From assembly GCA_026025795.1 (NCBI GenBank), contig JAPEUG010000071.1, positions 1 through 56,781 of the forward strand: a stretch of 56,781 bases of DNA, read 5' to 3'. The stretch is from Thelocarpon superellum. Its lineage: Eukaryota. Below the pieces are notes generated by a model, which saw nothing but the letters and a program-made list of their open reading frames with translations, did not search any database and was not told where the DNA came from. The position numbers were made by a program, and so were the translations under genes. Shown piece by piece: positions 12,813-24,200 of the stretch (its first letter is position 1; each line of letters starts with the position of its first letter).

Positions 12813-13646
12813 CTAAGACGCCTTCTTGTCGACGCTCAGGTATCCGTCTTTTTCTTCGAGCAACAATGGCGTGACTGGACCTGGGCTACCCAGGGGCGCC
12901 AGCTGCGGGGAATCAGGCCGATGGCCGCCCATCGAGGTTCGAGCAGCAACAGCATTGTTCGCGAGGTCGCGCTGATACTGGTGGAGTCGCGTAGCGGCGT
13001 CTGAGGGCAGGAGCTGCGATTGTATCGCGCCCGCGCCCGAGCCCGAGGAGCTGGGAGATTGATAGACGGCTGGGTGATAGCGTGGCAGGCTCGTCAGCTT
13101 CATCGCGTTCTTATTGTGACCCTTGCGTGCGGGCGGAGAGGTTGCAGTTGTGGCCGCGGTCGAGCCTCCCATGGCGTCCTTGGTGGGAGAGGATGTGGTC
13201 ATGGGGGCAAACATCAGCGACCGGGTGGAAAACCCGCCGGACGAGCGCGAATCGACCGAGGAGGAGGAGGCGTCGCTGTTGACTGTACGGCCGCGTGGAG
13301 ATGGCGGAGAGGACACGGCGGTAGACAGGTAGGAGATGTGTTGGCGGGCCGTCAATGGGGTTGGTATGCGCGTCTCATGCCACTTGGATTTCTTCGCGGA
13401 GATGGCGATGGCTCGCGACCGCGGGATGGGACTGGGCGGTGGGTGCGGATGCGTGATGACAGGCTTCAGAGGAGCGGATGACGGCGACGTGGCCAGGGTC
13501 TTGATATCTCGGGAGAGACCCTTATTAGTATCGGCCGTAGCCATGACAGACAGTGGCCTGTCTCGACTAATTCGCTTGGGTTTGGCGTCCGCGGCGAGCG
13601 CTGCCTCACGGCTCGGCCGACGCGGCCGATCGCCCAGGTCGACCAT
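12813..13646 (-). CDS. Hypothetical Ser/Pro-rich protein
   Basis: Long ORF with coding-like composition and motif-like C-terminal blocks (LTSLPRYHPAVY; LHQYQRDL; PQLAPLGSPGPVTPLLLEE). The start ATG at 13646 is the first ATG of the frame and is uncertain. Confidence 0.65.
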   Translation of the reverse strand: MVDLGDRPRRPSREAALAADAKPKRISRDRPLSVMATADTNKGLSRDIKTLATSPSSAPLKPVITHPHPPPSPIPRSRAIAISAKKSKWHETRIPTPLTARQHISYLSTAVSSPPSPRGRTVNSDASSSSVDSRSSGGFSTRSLMFAPMTTSSPTKDAMGGSTAATTATSPPARKGHNKNAMKLTSLPRYHPAVYQSPSSSGSGAGAIQSQLLPSDAATRLHQYQRDLANNAVAARTSMGGHRPDSPQLAPLGSPGPVTPLLLEEKDGYLSVDKKAS

Positions 13647-15000
13647 GGTCGCGGCGCCTGAGGGAGAAGGCCCAGTCGACGCGAACCCTCCCGGAAAACA
13701 CGGGTCCAACTCGTCCAGGCTGATTCGCAGATTGGCAATGCCTCCCTCTACTAACCGTAGTACGGTCCACCGTTGCCGTGACCCGCGCTCAGTGAAGCAT
13801 ATGCACAGTGACGTCGTGTCAGAAATTGCCCCACCTCAGCGAAACTCTGGTGCGCCGTATTGCGGCCGAAGGAGCCGAAAACTTATCGAGCACGTCGACT
13901 TAGGTATGGTGGGGCGTTCTCGCTGACCACGGTGAAAGGGCTCGTATTCCACTCCCGCTGATTGCCAATCAGATGATGAAATGCTCCTCATCCACGATTG
14001 GGAATGTGGTTCCAGCGCTTCGGGTACTTGTCAGCGGGCGAATGTCACGCGAGCCAGGAGAAGGGTTTGCTAATCTGACCATTCCCAGGTTCACACTGAT
14101 CATCCTTCGGAATTCTTCACAAGTCGCTGGGATATTCTCCAGATCGAGCCGCGTCACTCCTGGCAAAGGGTGTGGATTGGTAGCGTGATGTGATGGCGCG
14201 AGGAGGCCGGACCCGATCATGTCAACCGCTAACGATCCCACTAGCAAGTAGCGGTGCGATGCCGATGATGTTTCTACACATGTTGCAGAGCCCAAGGTCG
14301 GCGTTATGCCACGGGTCTTTGGGTCTACGCGAAGCGGATCCTCGCTCTGCAGATGCGTCCTTGCATACTTGTAGACGCACAAACGTCAGACTCACATCGA
14401 CTGAGGCGATGTTGCGTCTATGACGTGATCCATCCTACCCGCTGCTTGCTCTTTGGCTTGAAGGAGTATGAAGTGCCTTCCCACTGTAATGCGGATACAT
14501 TTTCCTCTCAGGTGGCAATGAAGTGATGACAGACGTCGTTGCCTTCTCGGGACCCAACACTAGGGCCGTAGATCTACAGCTGGCTCGCTGTGAACACTGA
14601 GATCGATACACGTCTTAATTTCACAGCCGCATACTCATACTTACGGAGGCAAAACATGACGCCTAACTGCCCAGATATATGCCAACATGCGAAGGTTATT
14701 GGCCTGTGAGGGCCCACCAAGGCTCCGCCACTGAGGGTCTTCTTTTACGACTTGTTGGATACATTCACGCTTACCTAAGGATGCAGGTTCCGTGCTGTGC
14801 CGCTTGCCGTACATGGATCAATTTCGATCTGGATAACACATCATCCCACTGGACATCACATGCATTGTCAAAAATGACGCTATGTCCTGGCCCACAGACC
14901 CGGACCATGGGCGAACGGGTAGAGCGGACCACTGAAACAGAGTCCTGTCGACTACGTTTTCCACCATCCATGGCTCTCAGTACTCGTGCAGTGGTTTGGT

Positions 15001-15345
15001 TCACAGCGCTGCAGCTTTGTCATTTCTCGCAACGCTGGACGTGCAATTAGGCTTAGGGTCAGTAATCGAAGTGGGAGACACTTTCGACCGACATTGGTTC
15101 TCGATCAATCCCATCGCCACCAACGTGGTCTCGAAGATATCATCTACTTCAGTCAGAGAATCGCCGGTGATATTCGGTCGACCAAACAGGGCGTGGTCCA
15201 TCCACGAGGTTGCGACGCGTGAGAGCTGGAAGACAAGTCCGCTTCTCTACGAGTACAAGCGTCGGGCTCTGACCAACTCGTGCAACAGGTTGACCTGATT
15301 CGCATGAAGACGCGAGGTCTGATCAGCTTGAGAAATAAGACGCGC
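15001..15345 (-). pseudogene. Possible decayed coding exon of unknown family
   Basis: A branch site and acceptor (CTGAC...TAG at 15346) are followed by 115 codons with a single in-frame TAG (15247-15249). No recognisable domain. Confidence 0.2.
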
Positions 15346-16469
15346 CTACCGTAGGCGAGTGCACGAACTTAGTCAGGCAATCGAAAGCAGTGAAGGGTTT
15401 CTGCGGGGCGCAAAGGGTTGAGCAGCTGAGCCTCGACAGCTGCATACGCCGCAGGAGAGCGCTGGACGTGCCCTGCTGGACAAAAAGCAGCCTTCATATG
15501 AATGGGCCACGATTGCTGCGTCAAGAGGTGTCTACATTCCAGGCGACAATTTGAGGGAATCTTGCCGCACCGTGATGAGTAAGGATATTTCTGTGTTCAC
15601 CTCGCACCTGGGTCATGTCACCCTTGCGTGCTGTAGTCCGCCAACCGCTCAGACAGCAGTCACTCTCCAAGAGTCGGGGTCCTGAGGCCTGCACAGAGGT
15701 GATCTGGTCTGAGCGTAAGAGTGGCGACAGTCAGAGAGGAGACGGAAAGTCTCGGTAGGCGTGGCGATGGCAGGGTTGACAGCTTCACCCCTGGACAGTG
15801 CCGTCAATGCGGCGGAGGCGGAGCGTGTCCGAGCTGGTACCGTGACGGAAGGCCGAGCATCTGCCCTCACCTATCGCACCACGATTAAAGTAGGGAGAAA
15901 CGAGTCAATTCCTGGAGGGGCATAGTGGGATACTGAGCAGCTGCGCGAAACACGGCACAGTGCGTGAACGTTGTCCGGGCACGCGACGCTTCTCTACGGT
16001 ACACCCCTCTCCCCGCCGCTAAGCGGGCGGGAGCCAAGTACCTTCCCCCCGGGACGGACGGGTCGCTGTTTGCCGCCCGCTGCTGAGAATGCTCTTGATA
16101 CCTCATACACGCATGTGGATGGTCAATTCCGTTACGTCTAGTTCAGATATCCGGATTACTATAGAAAAACCCTCCCCCCGCCCGGTGCTGGAAATGACTG
16201 CTGGAATGTTGAGTGCTTTGACAGAGTCCGTGATACATTTCTGCGTGCCTGTCCCCTGTGGACGGCAGTAATCTTGCCCCACCATGTCCATGACCGCGGT
16301 GGTGAAGACGAAACCGGTGGAGGTGCAGGAGTATCAGCACTCATGGATGAGCAGTGGATTATATATCAGCCGTCCGCCGTCGCCAAGGTTGCTCCTCACC
16401 CTTGCAGTGCCAGAGGTGCGCGAACGACAAAGTAGCAGCCTCCAGTATCCTCCGCTCATTCGCAGCGGG

Positions 16470-17209
16470 ATGCCTCGACGCCGCACGTCACGAGACTCTG
16501 AAGACCCGGCGACGGAGGCCAGTCCTGATGAGCGGACTTCAATTGTGAAGCAGGGAAAACAGCCATTGTATGGCGGTTCCGATACGGCCTCACAGCGATC
16601 AGATACAGCCTCGCAGCGCTCGAAGGCGGCCGCACAGCCGGAACCAGATCCGCCACGCTCTGCGGATGGCGTCACGCCGAATGACCCCGCTCTGGAGAGT
16701 CGATGGAAACGATTCATCGACAAGTACGGTAGCATTGAGCTGGACAACAAAGGCAGTGTGGCGCGCGATCACCTCGCCTTGGGTATGTCACATTTCTCTC
16801 TTCCACCAGAGCCTGGATTCAGGTGGCTGTGGGTGGCGGCTAACACGATTCAGAGCGCACCTTTCTAGCCTGGCTTCGGACTTCGCTGGCCTTTGCCTCG
16901 ATTGGCATCGCCATCACGCAGTTATTTCGACTGAACACGACGATTACGAATCGCGATCCCGCTGTGGACGCAAGCTCCATCCGGATGCGCGGGGTCGGCA
17001 AGCCACTCGGATCGACCTTTTTGGCCATTGCCATTATCGTGCTATTCGTCGGCTTCCACCGATATTTCGAGAGCCAGCATTGGATCATCCGGGGGAAGTT
17101 TCCCGCCAGTCGAGGCAGTGTCTTCATCGTGGCCATGATCGCCGGCGTGCTGATCGTGGGGAGCTTGGTCGTCATTCTGGCGGTCGATCCCAGCGCGATT
17201 GAAAAGTGA
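16470..17209 (+). CDS. DUF202 (YidH/Vtc1-like) three-TM membrane protein; 2 exons (intron ~16783-16853)
   Basis: [44 protein letters not shown], followed by hydrophobic helices ([35 protein letters not shown]). Confidence 0.88.
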
Positions 17210-17459
17210 GGTCCCAAGTGGAGGTAGGTCATTAGACGCATGGGCGGCGTCTTGGCGGCTTAAATTCAAGTCGCATTTTCCGGCAAAATGTCGAGCACCG
17301 GGCAAGTCTGCTGATGCCTATCGAGGGTAAATTTTGGTGACGAAACGGAATAGTATACATGAAAGAGGATGTCAAGATAGCTTGTTTCCAGATGGTTACT
17401 GTTCGTAGTATTTGCAGAGTCGTATGTCCGGACGCTGCGCAGAAATTCTCGGCTTAACC

Positions 17460-17673
17460 ATTGCGTAAGTAGATAGATGGCGTTGAGGGAGGTATCCAAA
17501 TCTCGCTGGACGGTCTATTCAGGATGCGGTGCGTACGAACGAGGATGATATACGATTGACGAGCGGGGACAGCCGAATGATTGCGCGGCATCAGGTGATG
17601 ATTCAAAAATACCTTACGTCAATCGGTCGATACTCTTACGGTGTGGCTGAGTGAGAATTTCTCATGACGCAAT
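17460..17673 (+). promoter_or_regulatory. Cluster of bZIP-type (ATF/CREB, AP-1/C-EBP-like) sites upstream of the glutathione peroxidase
   Basis: ATTGCGTAA (17460), TTACGTCA (17614-17621) and ATGACGCAAT (17664-17673) lie within ~215 bp. Confidence 0.35.
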
Positions 17674-17983
17674 CAAGGACGAGATTGTCGGATCAGAAGC
17701 GTCGACTGGACGACTGATTCGATGGACAGAATCGACACCGGTCCCTTAAAGCAGCCTTCGTCCGAACCCGAGCCAACACCTCCCGGCAAAGAAACTCCTA
17801 GAGATCGTCCCGCCCGCTCAACCTCACTTAATGCAGGGCTCGCGTTCACTCTTCCAGACGGCCATCAAAGTTGGAGGCCGGCCGGCAGATACTGGGATCA
17901 CGAAGTCGAGACCCTTTCTCAACGTTTGGGCCACGAACACCCCACCACAGCAGCAGCAGCCAGCCCATCGTCAGTCATCCACC

Positions 17984-18650
17984 ATGACGTCCGCTACCAC
18001 TATCTACGATTTCAAGCCTCTTGATTGTGAGTCGTCCGGTGTCCCGTCGCCCGCTCCTCCTCGATCACACCAAATCGTACTTCATCGTGTCGTGAATGGG
18101 ATACTGACCGCTGTCGTGCTGGGTCATAGCCAAGGGCCAACCATACCCCCTCAGCTCCTCACAGGGCAAAGTGCTCCTGATCGTCAACGTGGCGTCCAAA
18201 TGCGGCTTCACACCACAATATCCGGCGCTGGAGAAACTATACAAGGACCTCAACGTCAAGTACCCTGATCAATTCGTGGTGCTCGGATTCCCCTGCAACC
18301 AGTTTGCAGGCCAAGAGCCGGGCAGCGACAGCGAGATCCAGAACTTCTGCCAGATGAATTATGGCGTCAGCTTCCCCATTCTCGGCAAGACAGACGTCAA
18401 CGGCGACCAGGCCAACCCACTGTGGGAGTGGATGAAGACAGAGAAGGCCGGCATCATGGGCATCAAGCGCGTCAAGTGGAACTTTGAGAAGTTCCTCATT
18501 GGCCGCGATGGCCACGTCAAGGGCCGCTGGGCTAGTTCCACGAAGCCGGAGAGCTTGGAGGGTGCCATCGAGAAAGAGTTGAATACCGATGCTCCAGCCG
18601 CTCCCACCGCCACCACCGCAGCGCCGGAGTCCACCAAGGCCGAGCTCTAA
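17984..18650 (+). CDS. HYR1: Glutathione peroxidase (Cys-type, Hyr1/Gpx3-like); 2 exons
   Basis: MTSATTIYDFKPLD|..GKVLLIVNVASKCGFTPQY, LGFPCNQF, IKRVKWNFEKFLIGRDG. Confidence 0.95.
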
Positions 18651-19831
18651 TTGAACGTCTTCCCTTCACCCCTACCCTTTCCCTCACCAGTACCATGACC
18701 ATCACCATCACCGTGACGTAGTCATGCGTAATAATACTATACCGTACGATTACGCAATCGCGGAGCATAGGGATGTGGTATCTGATTCCAGGGCGACGAC
18801 TTCTCAAATGAATTCTGCCTCCGAAGGGAGGCGTGACCGTAGCGACGGAGAACCTGACACACAAAATCATGACGTTTATCCTGTCAGTAGAAAGTCCTGT
18901 CATTCGTAGAATAGATGACGAGTACCCGCACAAATAGATACTGACATTCCTCGTTGATTGAACGATGCAGATGCAGGTGACAGAGACAGATACTTCGCTG
19001 CATGCGCCGGCGTGAGATATGTTACTAACGTTACTTCTTTTTCTTTCTCCCCCATCCGCCTCCTGCCCCACCCTCTTAGTCCCTGCCTCCCTCTCCTTGC
19101 ACGGAGGCGAGGTAGCGGACGGAATGAGTAATCTCCTACCAAGGGCGTTCGTGTACAACGTAGGCATCTTGCTGCGCACGGCGGTCAAGCAGACACACAC
19201 CAAGAGGTACCGCGGCAAATTTGGTACTCATATCCGAATACGTCTACCCAGGATTCTTTCTCTCCGGCGACACTCGTTATGATCTGGTGATTGGATTTTC
19301 CAGTCTGCGAACACAGGGAAGATTCGGGGAATCAGGAAAATAGGAAAGAAGTCACAAAAGATTGCTGCCATGTACATACAAATGCGACCGATCCTTGCCC
19401 GACCCGGCTCGGCCATGATCGTGAGGGATGCGTCGGTCACATCTTCGGGATCGGCTGGACCGACGGCGAAGTCCGAGGCTGACGACGGGTAAAATTGGTC
19501 GGTGTCCAACAGAGATGATCGAGTCCGTCATCGCCCTCCTGGGTCGGAAGGAGGGGCCGCGCATCAGGTTGGGAATCCTTTCTTTCCGCTCGCGTGTCGT
19601 GGTCTCACCCCGCCCCGAAATCCCCCTCCCACCCGAAACCTCCTCGGCACGGTTAAGCCATTTCCTAGAAAGCCGTGGCGAGAGGGGCAGAGGGTTCGAA
19701 GAAGAATTTGGAAGAAGAGAAGACAAGATGGGTCAGAGATCAGCGGGAATGTACAAAAGAGGCCAGGGACTCCGTAAATCAAGATGAATGCGCCGTTCGG
19801 ATGAACAAGGTCGGGCTCGACGAGCTCAACA

Positions 19832-21268
19832 CTACGGCACACTGCCGTAGGTGAACTTGAATGTCGCATCTTGGCCTTGAGGAATCGACGCCTAGTACCG
19901 GATCAGTTGCAATGCTAGGTTGAAGAGAGCGCCATCACACGTACCGTACACCCCGCATTGGGATCACTGAGTGGCAGGCATTTGTTCACGCTCATGTCGC
20001 AGATATGGCCAGCGTTGTGGTCATAGTAACAGGTGGAGGGAGCGTTGCCTGATTCCACCGAGATACTGAACTTGAGCCCTGGGCCCGCGTTGGTGGGCTT
20101 GTTCGGGAAGATGGAAAGCCACTTGATCCCGCCCGTCATGCTGCCGCCAATATTCTGCCCTTCGCGTCAGTGTTTCGCTCGAGCTATCCAGCAACCTAAC
20201 TCACCAGAGGCGCCCAGTTGCCAGAGTCCGGCGTGCCAGTCGCGCTACCCCACAGACAAGCTGACTCGGGAGTGGTTCCAACATCGTTGATGTAGTATTG
20301 GGCCGACGTCTTCTGGCCTTGGTGATGATAGTACGTGTCGCCGTTGGGAATAGTCAATTGGTAGGAGCCAGTGGAAGACTGGTAGGTCGCGGGAATGGTC
20401 TCACTTTCAGTACCTGCAGGACAGGTCAGTGTTGTGCACGGCAGCGTGATGCGACCTAGGACGTACCAGGATAGTCGGTGCGACACACAGCGATGGAGCC
20501 GACTTCATTGTCCACGCTGACGCCACCCACACCCTGGATGCACAGCGAATTGGAAAGGCCCGGGTTGGTGAGGTGGAGCTTGTTGTCTTGACCGCAGAGG
20601 AGGCCACCAATCGAGCGACCGTCGCCCTCGTCTGCGACGGGCCATTGCGATTTCTGGTAGCCTTCCGGGCAGGCGTACGAGCAAGTATCACCGGGCGAGC
20701 AGTTGTTGTTGGATGAGTTGCCGACGACGTTGGCGTTTTGGTCGGAATCCGGCCCCTGAATACCGGACCATCCGTTCAGGCCGAGGTATCCGAGATACAC
20801 GGCACCGTAGCCACTGGGGAAATCGCAGGGCAGCGTGCCGTCGGGAAAATCGCTCCCAAGGCCGCTCGTGCTCGGGCCCTGGCTGCCGCTGGACGTGGCG
20901 GCTGGGGCTGAAGCCGAGGCGGGCGCAGAAGAGGATCCAGTCGTGGAAGTCACGGCCTCCGCATTGAGTTGTTGTCCTTGGTTCGCCGGAGGCGGGCTCG
21001 GCGAGGCACTGGGTGCGGCGCTGCTGAGCTGGTTGTTGACGAAGCTGCAGGACTTGTCGGCAAGACAGGCGTCTACCTGGGCCTTGGTCAAGGTCTGGCC
21101 GTCAGTCGTGATGTAGACGGTCTCGACCTCGGTGTAGACGTTCGTCTGGGAGCTGCCAGGGCTGCGCTTGGCGGCGTGGAGGTCGGCATGACGGTGGTGA
21201 TGATGGGGTTGCGCCGCAACCAGGGATCCAGCCGTCGCAAGCGACAGAATGATAGGTGAAAACTTCAT
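19832..21268 (-). CDS. SUN1: SUN-family secreted beta-1,3-glucanase (GH132; Sun4/Uth1/Sim1-like); 4 exons
   Basis: Signal peptide, His-rich pro-region ending in KR, Ser/Ala-rich linker, CSYACPEGYQKSQW, SIGGLLC, CRTDYPG|TESETIP, QYYIN, GNWAPL. Stop TAG at 19832-19834. Confidence 0.92.
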
Positions 21269-24200
21269 GATGAGGCGGCGAAATCAATTCGGCACGATCG
21301 AATGATGTTCAGCAAGGATCGGCGCGAGGTCGGCGGGGACCTCAGAGAGCGATGAGCGACCGCAATGCGATGGGACGCTCTGGGCGAACGCGTGGAGAGA
21401 AGGTTGGATGCTGCAGTAGCTGGTGGCAATCGCGATCTGGACGCGCACGGGACGGTCAGTGTCGGGTTCATGCATGTGTAGATAGGGTGGAGCTTTGGAC
21501 GTGTCGCGGCGTCGGTGGTGTTGTTAGTGTCGTCGGTGTTGGTGCAGGTGTTGCAGGCCTGAGTGACTTGCTCGAATCCACAGCAGGGCGAGATTCAACC
21601 GCGACCGACGCGTTGAGCAAGTGAATCGGCCTCCAGGCGTGCAGCGGGACAAAGAGCAAAGACGCGAAGTAAGGGTGAGACATACCAAGATCTGGGTCGG
21701 GTGGTTGTTGGTCGACGTGCCCGAGGGTCAAACGGCAGACGCAGATCGTATCAAGGGGAGACTCAATGAACCCTGAAGCGGGAAGGACGGGCTGGTTTCA
21801 AGTACGAAGGGTAAGCCTGGTGTTGATAACAGTGTTTCTAAAGGAATGTGGTAGGAAGTGGTATTGCTTCCAGGTCGGAGAGTGAAACGCGAGCCCGCGA
21901 CAATTGACGATGCGGTCGTGCAGCAATGAAGGTGGTGAAAGGGACGAAAAGGGTGCAGGGCGGAAGAAACGAGAAGAACTATGCGAGAATGGGAACGACA
22001 AGGAAGGGGGGGTGGCAGCGCGCGGCGTGCGAGAGAGATTGTGTGCGCGCTGGGCTGAGCGAGTAGTGAGAGAGGGCGCCAGTGCGAGGGCGACCAAACG
22101 AGCGAAATTGGATAGCGCCGCCGTTCGGAGCGTGTAGTGAGCGAACCAGTGGACGGGGGGACGTGGCCGCAGGGAAGTGGCCGTGAACATGGGCATGGGG
22201 TCCTGGGGGCATGTGGGTGCAAGCGTCAGGTCCAGCAGCGCCCGTCTGCGCCGGGGCCTAAACCTGCGCGCCGACGCGGGTCGGTGGTACCCGTCAGGGG
22301 AGCGAGCGAGTCGGAGCGCGAGTAGAGTCCCGGGTCCCCTAGGTGGTAGGGTCCTCAGTTTTCCCTGTCCCAGTAACACACCGCCCGGCCAATCCTCAGC
22401 GGGCCAAGCGAGTCGAGTGCGTCGTGGCCGCCGGGCGTTGCTGCTGGCAGGCGGCTGCTGACAACAACGGTCCAGGGGGGCACATGCTCCGCGCCCCTGG
22501 TCGGCCGGCGACTCGGCTCGCTCATTGGTCCGCTAAGGCTCGCACGGGAAATGAGACACTCTCGGCTCCTGGCTCAAACCCTCCGTCGAGCATTCCACAT
22601 GCCCAGCACAGCATAGGCCCGGCGCTGCGTCTTCGGCCTGCGATGCGAAGAAAGCGGTGCGAAAGCCACTCACCGAGCGTAATTCTTAGGAAGCGATGAC
22701 AACAAATCTCCTCCCCACCTCGCGTGGCGACCGATGTTCGCGCACAAGCGGTGCGGAGGACGCGTCGTACTGGATTCTTGCGGATTGCGGATTCCCGACG
22801 GCGGCTGCGTCGTACGCTCGTCGCTCGTCGCTCGTCGCTGCTTACCCGATGGCTGCTTGCCCGATGGAGGAGGTCCTGGCGTCCAGGGAAGTCGCGGGAT
22901 CGCGGTCGCGCCGGGCAGGGCCACCCGCGGTCGTGAGGTGAAGGAACGTTGGAGGTCGGGATCAATGGATGTTGCGGCCGCCTTCTGAAATGAGGGCCGC
23001 GGTCAACGTTGGGGCACACCGAGGAGACAGCCAGGCGGTTTCGATCGTCGCCGCCGAGGATCAGGGCCAGTCGACGTAGTTATGTGAAACGTGGTGATGC
23101 GCCGACGCCCTCCATCCATGACCACCTGGACGGTTCCTCGGTGCGAACATAAGTACTACAGGTACCCATCACCCATCAGTGGCTCGAGAGATACAAAGAC
23201 AGTACCTCTCCAGCGCGAGGTCGGCCAAACCGCCAAAGCCCGGCGATCCTCCATTCCTCCATCCACCATCATCGACACCTTTGCACGCGTAGCTGGGCGA
23301 ATGTGGCTTGATCTTCTCCCCGCCTGATCCATGCCGCCGCGCCCAGCGCCCCGCGAGGGCTGAGGCCCAAAGCAACGTGCATCCAGATGGCTCGGGCGAT
23401 GCCCCAGGCGAGCCACCCATTTTTGGTCCCGCATGACGAGGAGAGTTCATGGATGACAATCCTTTACCTCGGGACACACTCTACGAACACAGGCACGGTA
23501 TGCGTATGAAAACAGGCCCGACCGGACGTCTTGACTGTAAGCCTTTGCTCCCTGCTTTAATTCGGACCTGGAATTGGACGTTCGTTGACTCGGACGTCGA
23601 CTTTCTCGACGAAGGAGGATGCCATAATTAGATCACCTAGTCATTTAGTGTCGAGGGAAAAGGGACAATTGACGATGATTGCCTCCTCAATTGCTAAAGC
23701 CGGACGGCTCATTTCACGGACAGGAGTAAGGAGTGACACAGGTACGAGTACTCGGACTCGTATGGCCAATGACTCCGTGTCCGGTGTACGTAATCCCGCT
23801 TGTGCCGTGCCTGCGGTAGTCGCGCGACTACTACCACCGGGTACCAGCACGAGTGGTCGGAACGAGGATGACTACTGGCCGGGAGCCTCGCTGTCCCCTT
23901 GCATATTCCGATGCACCGCCGGCGTGTGGCTGCAAAGTCGCCCTGACCGATCGTCTGCCAGAAACAGCACGAGCCAGCTTTATTCGACTTAGACTCTACT
24001 TCAAGCCAATGGGCCGGTAACGATCCCCCTACCACCCGAGCCTAGCCCTGTTTCAAGTCCAGTCAAGCATAACCACTGGCACCGCCATGGCTTGATGCCA
24101 ACTCATGCAACGGCTTCGTGGATCGTCGTGCGTGTCAGGCCTGGCTCACTGGAGCATGAGTGGTCTGGAAGTTCTCGTGGCCTCACTGTCAGTGCTCGCG

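Noticed and set aside
17596..17650. Possible box C/D snoRNA (GTGATGA...CTGA)
   Set aside because: Too short (~55 nt), no terminal stem, and no rRNA-complementary guide recognised.
21388..22765. MCB-like ACGCGT sites upstream of the SUN gene (21388, 21608, 22760)
   Set aside because: The hexamer is frequent by chance in this GC- and CpG-rich sequence, and the sites are not tightly clustered.
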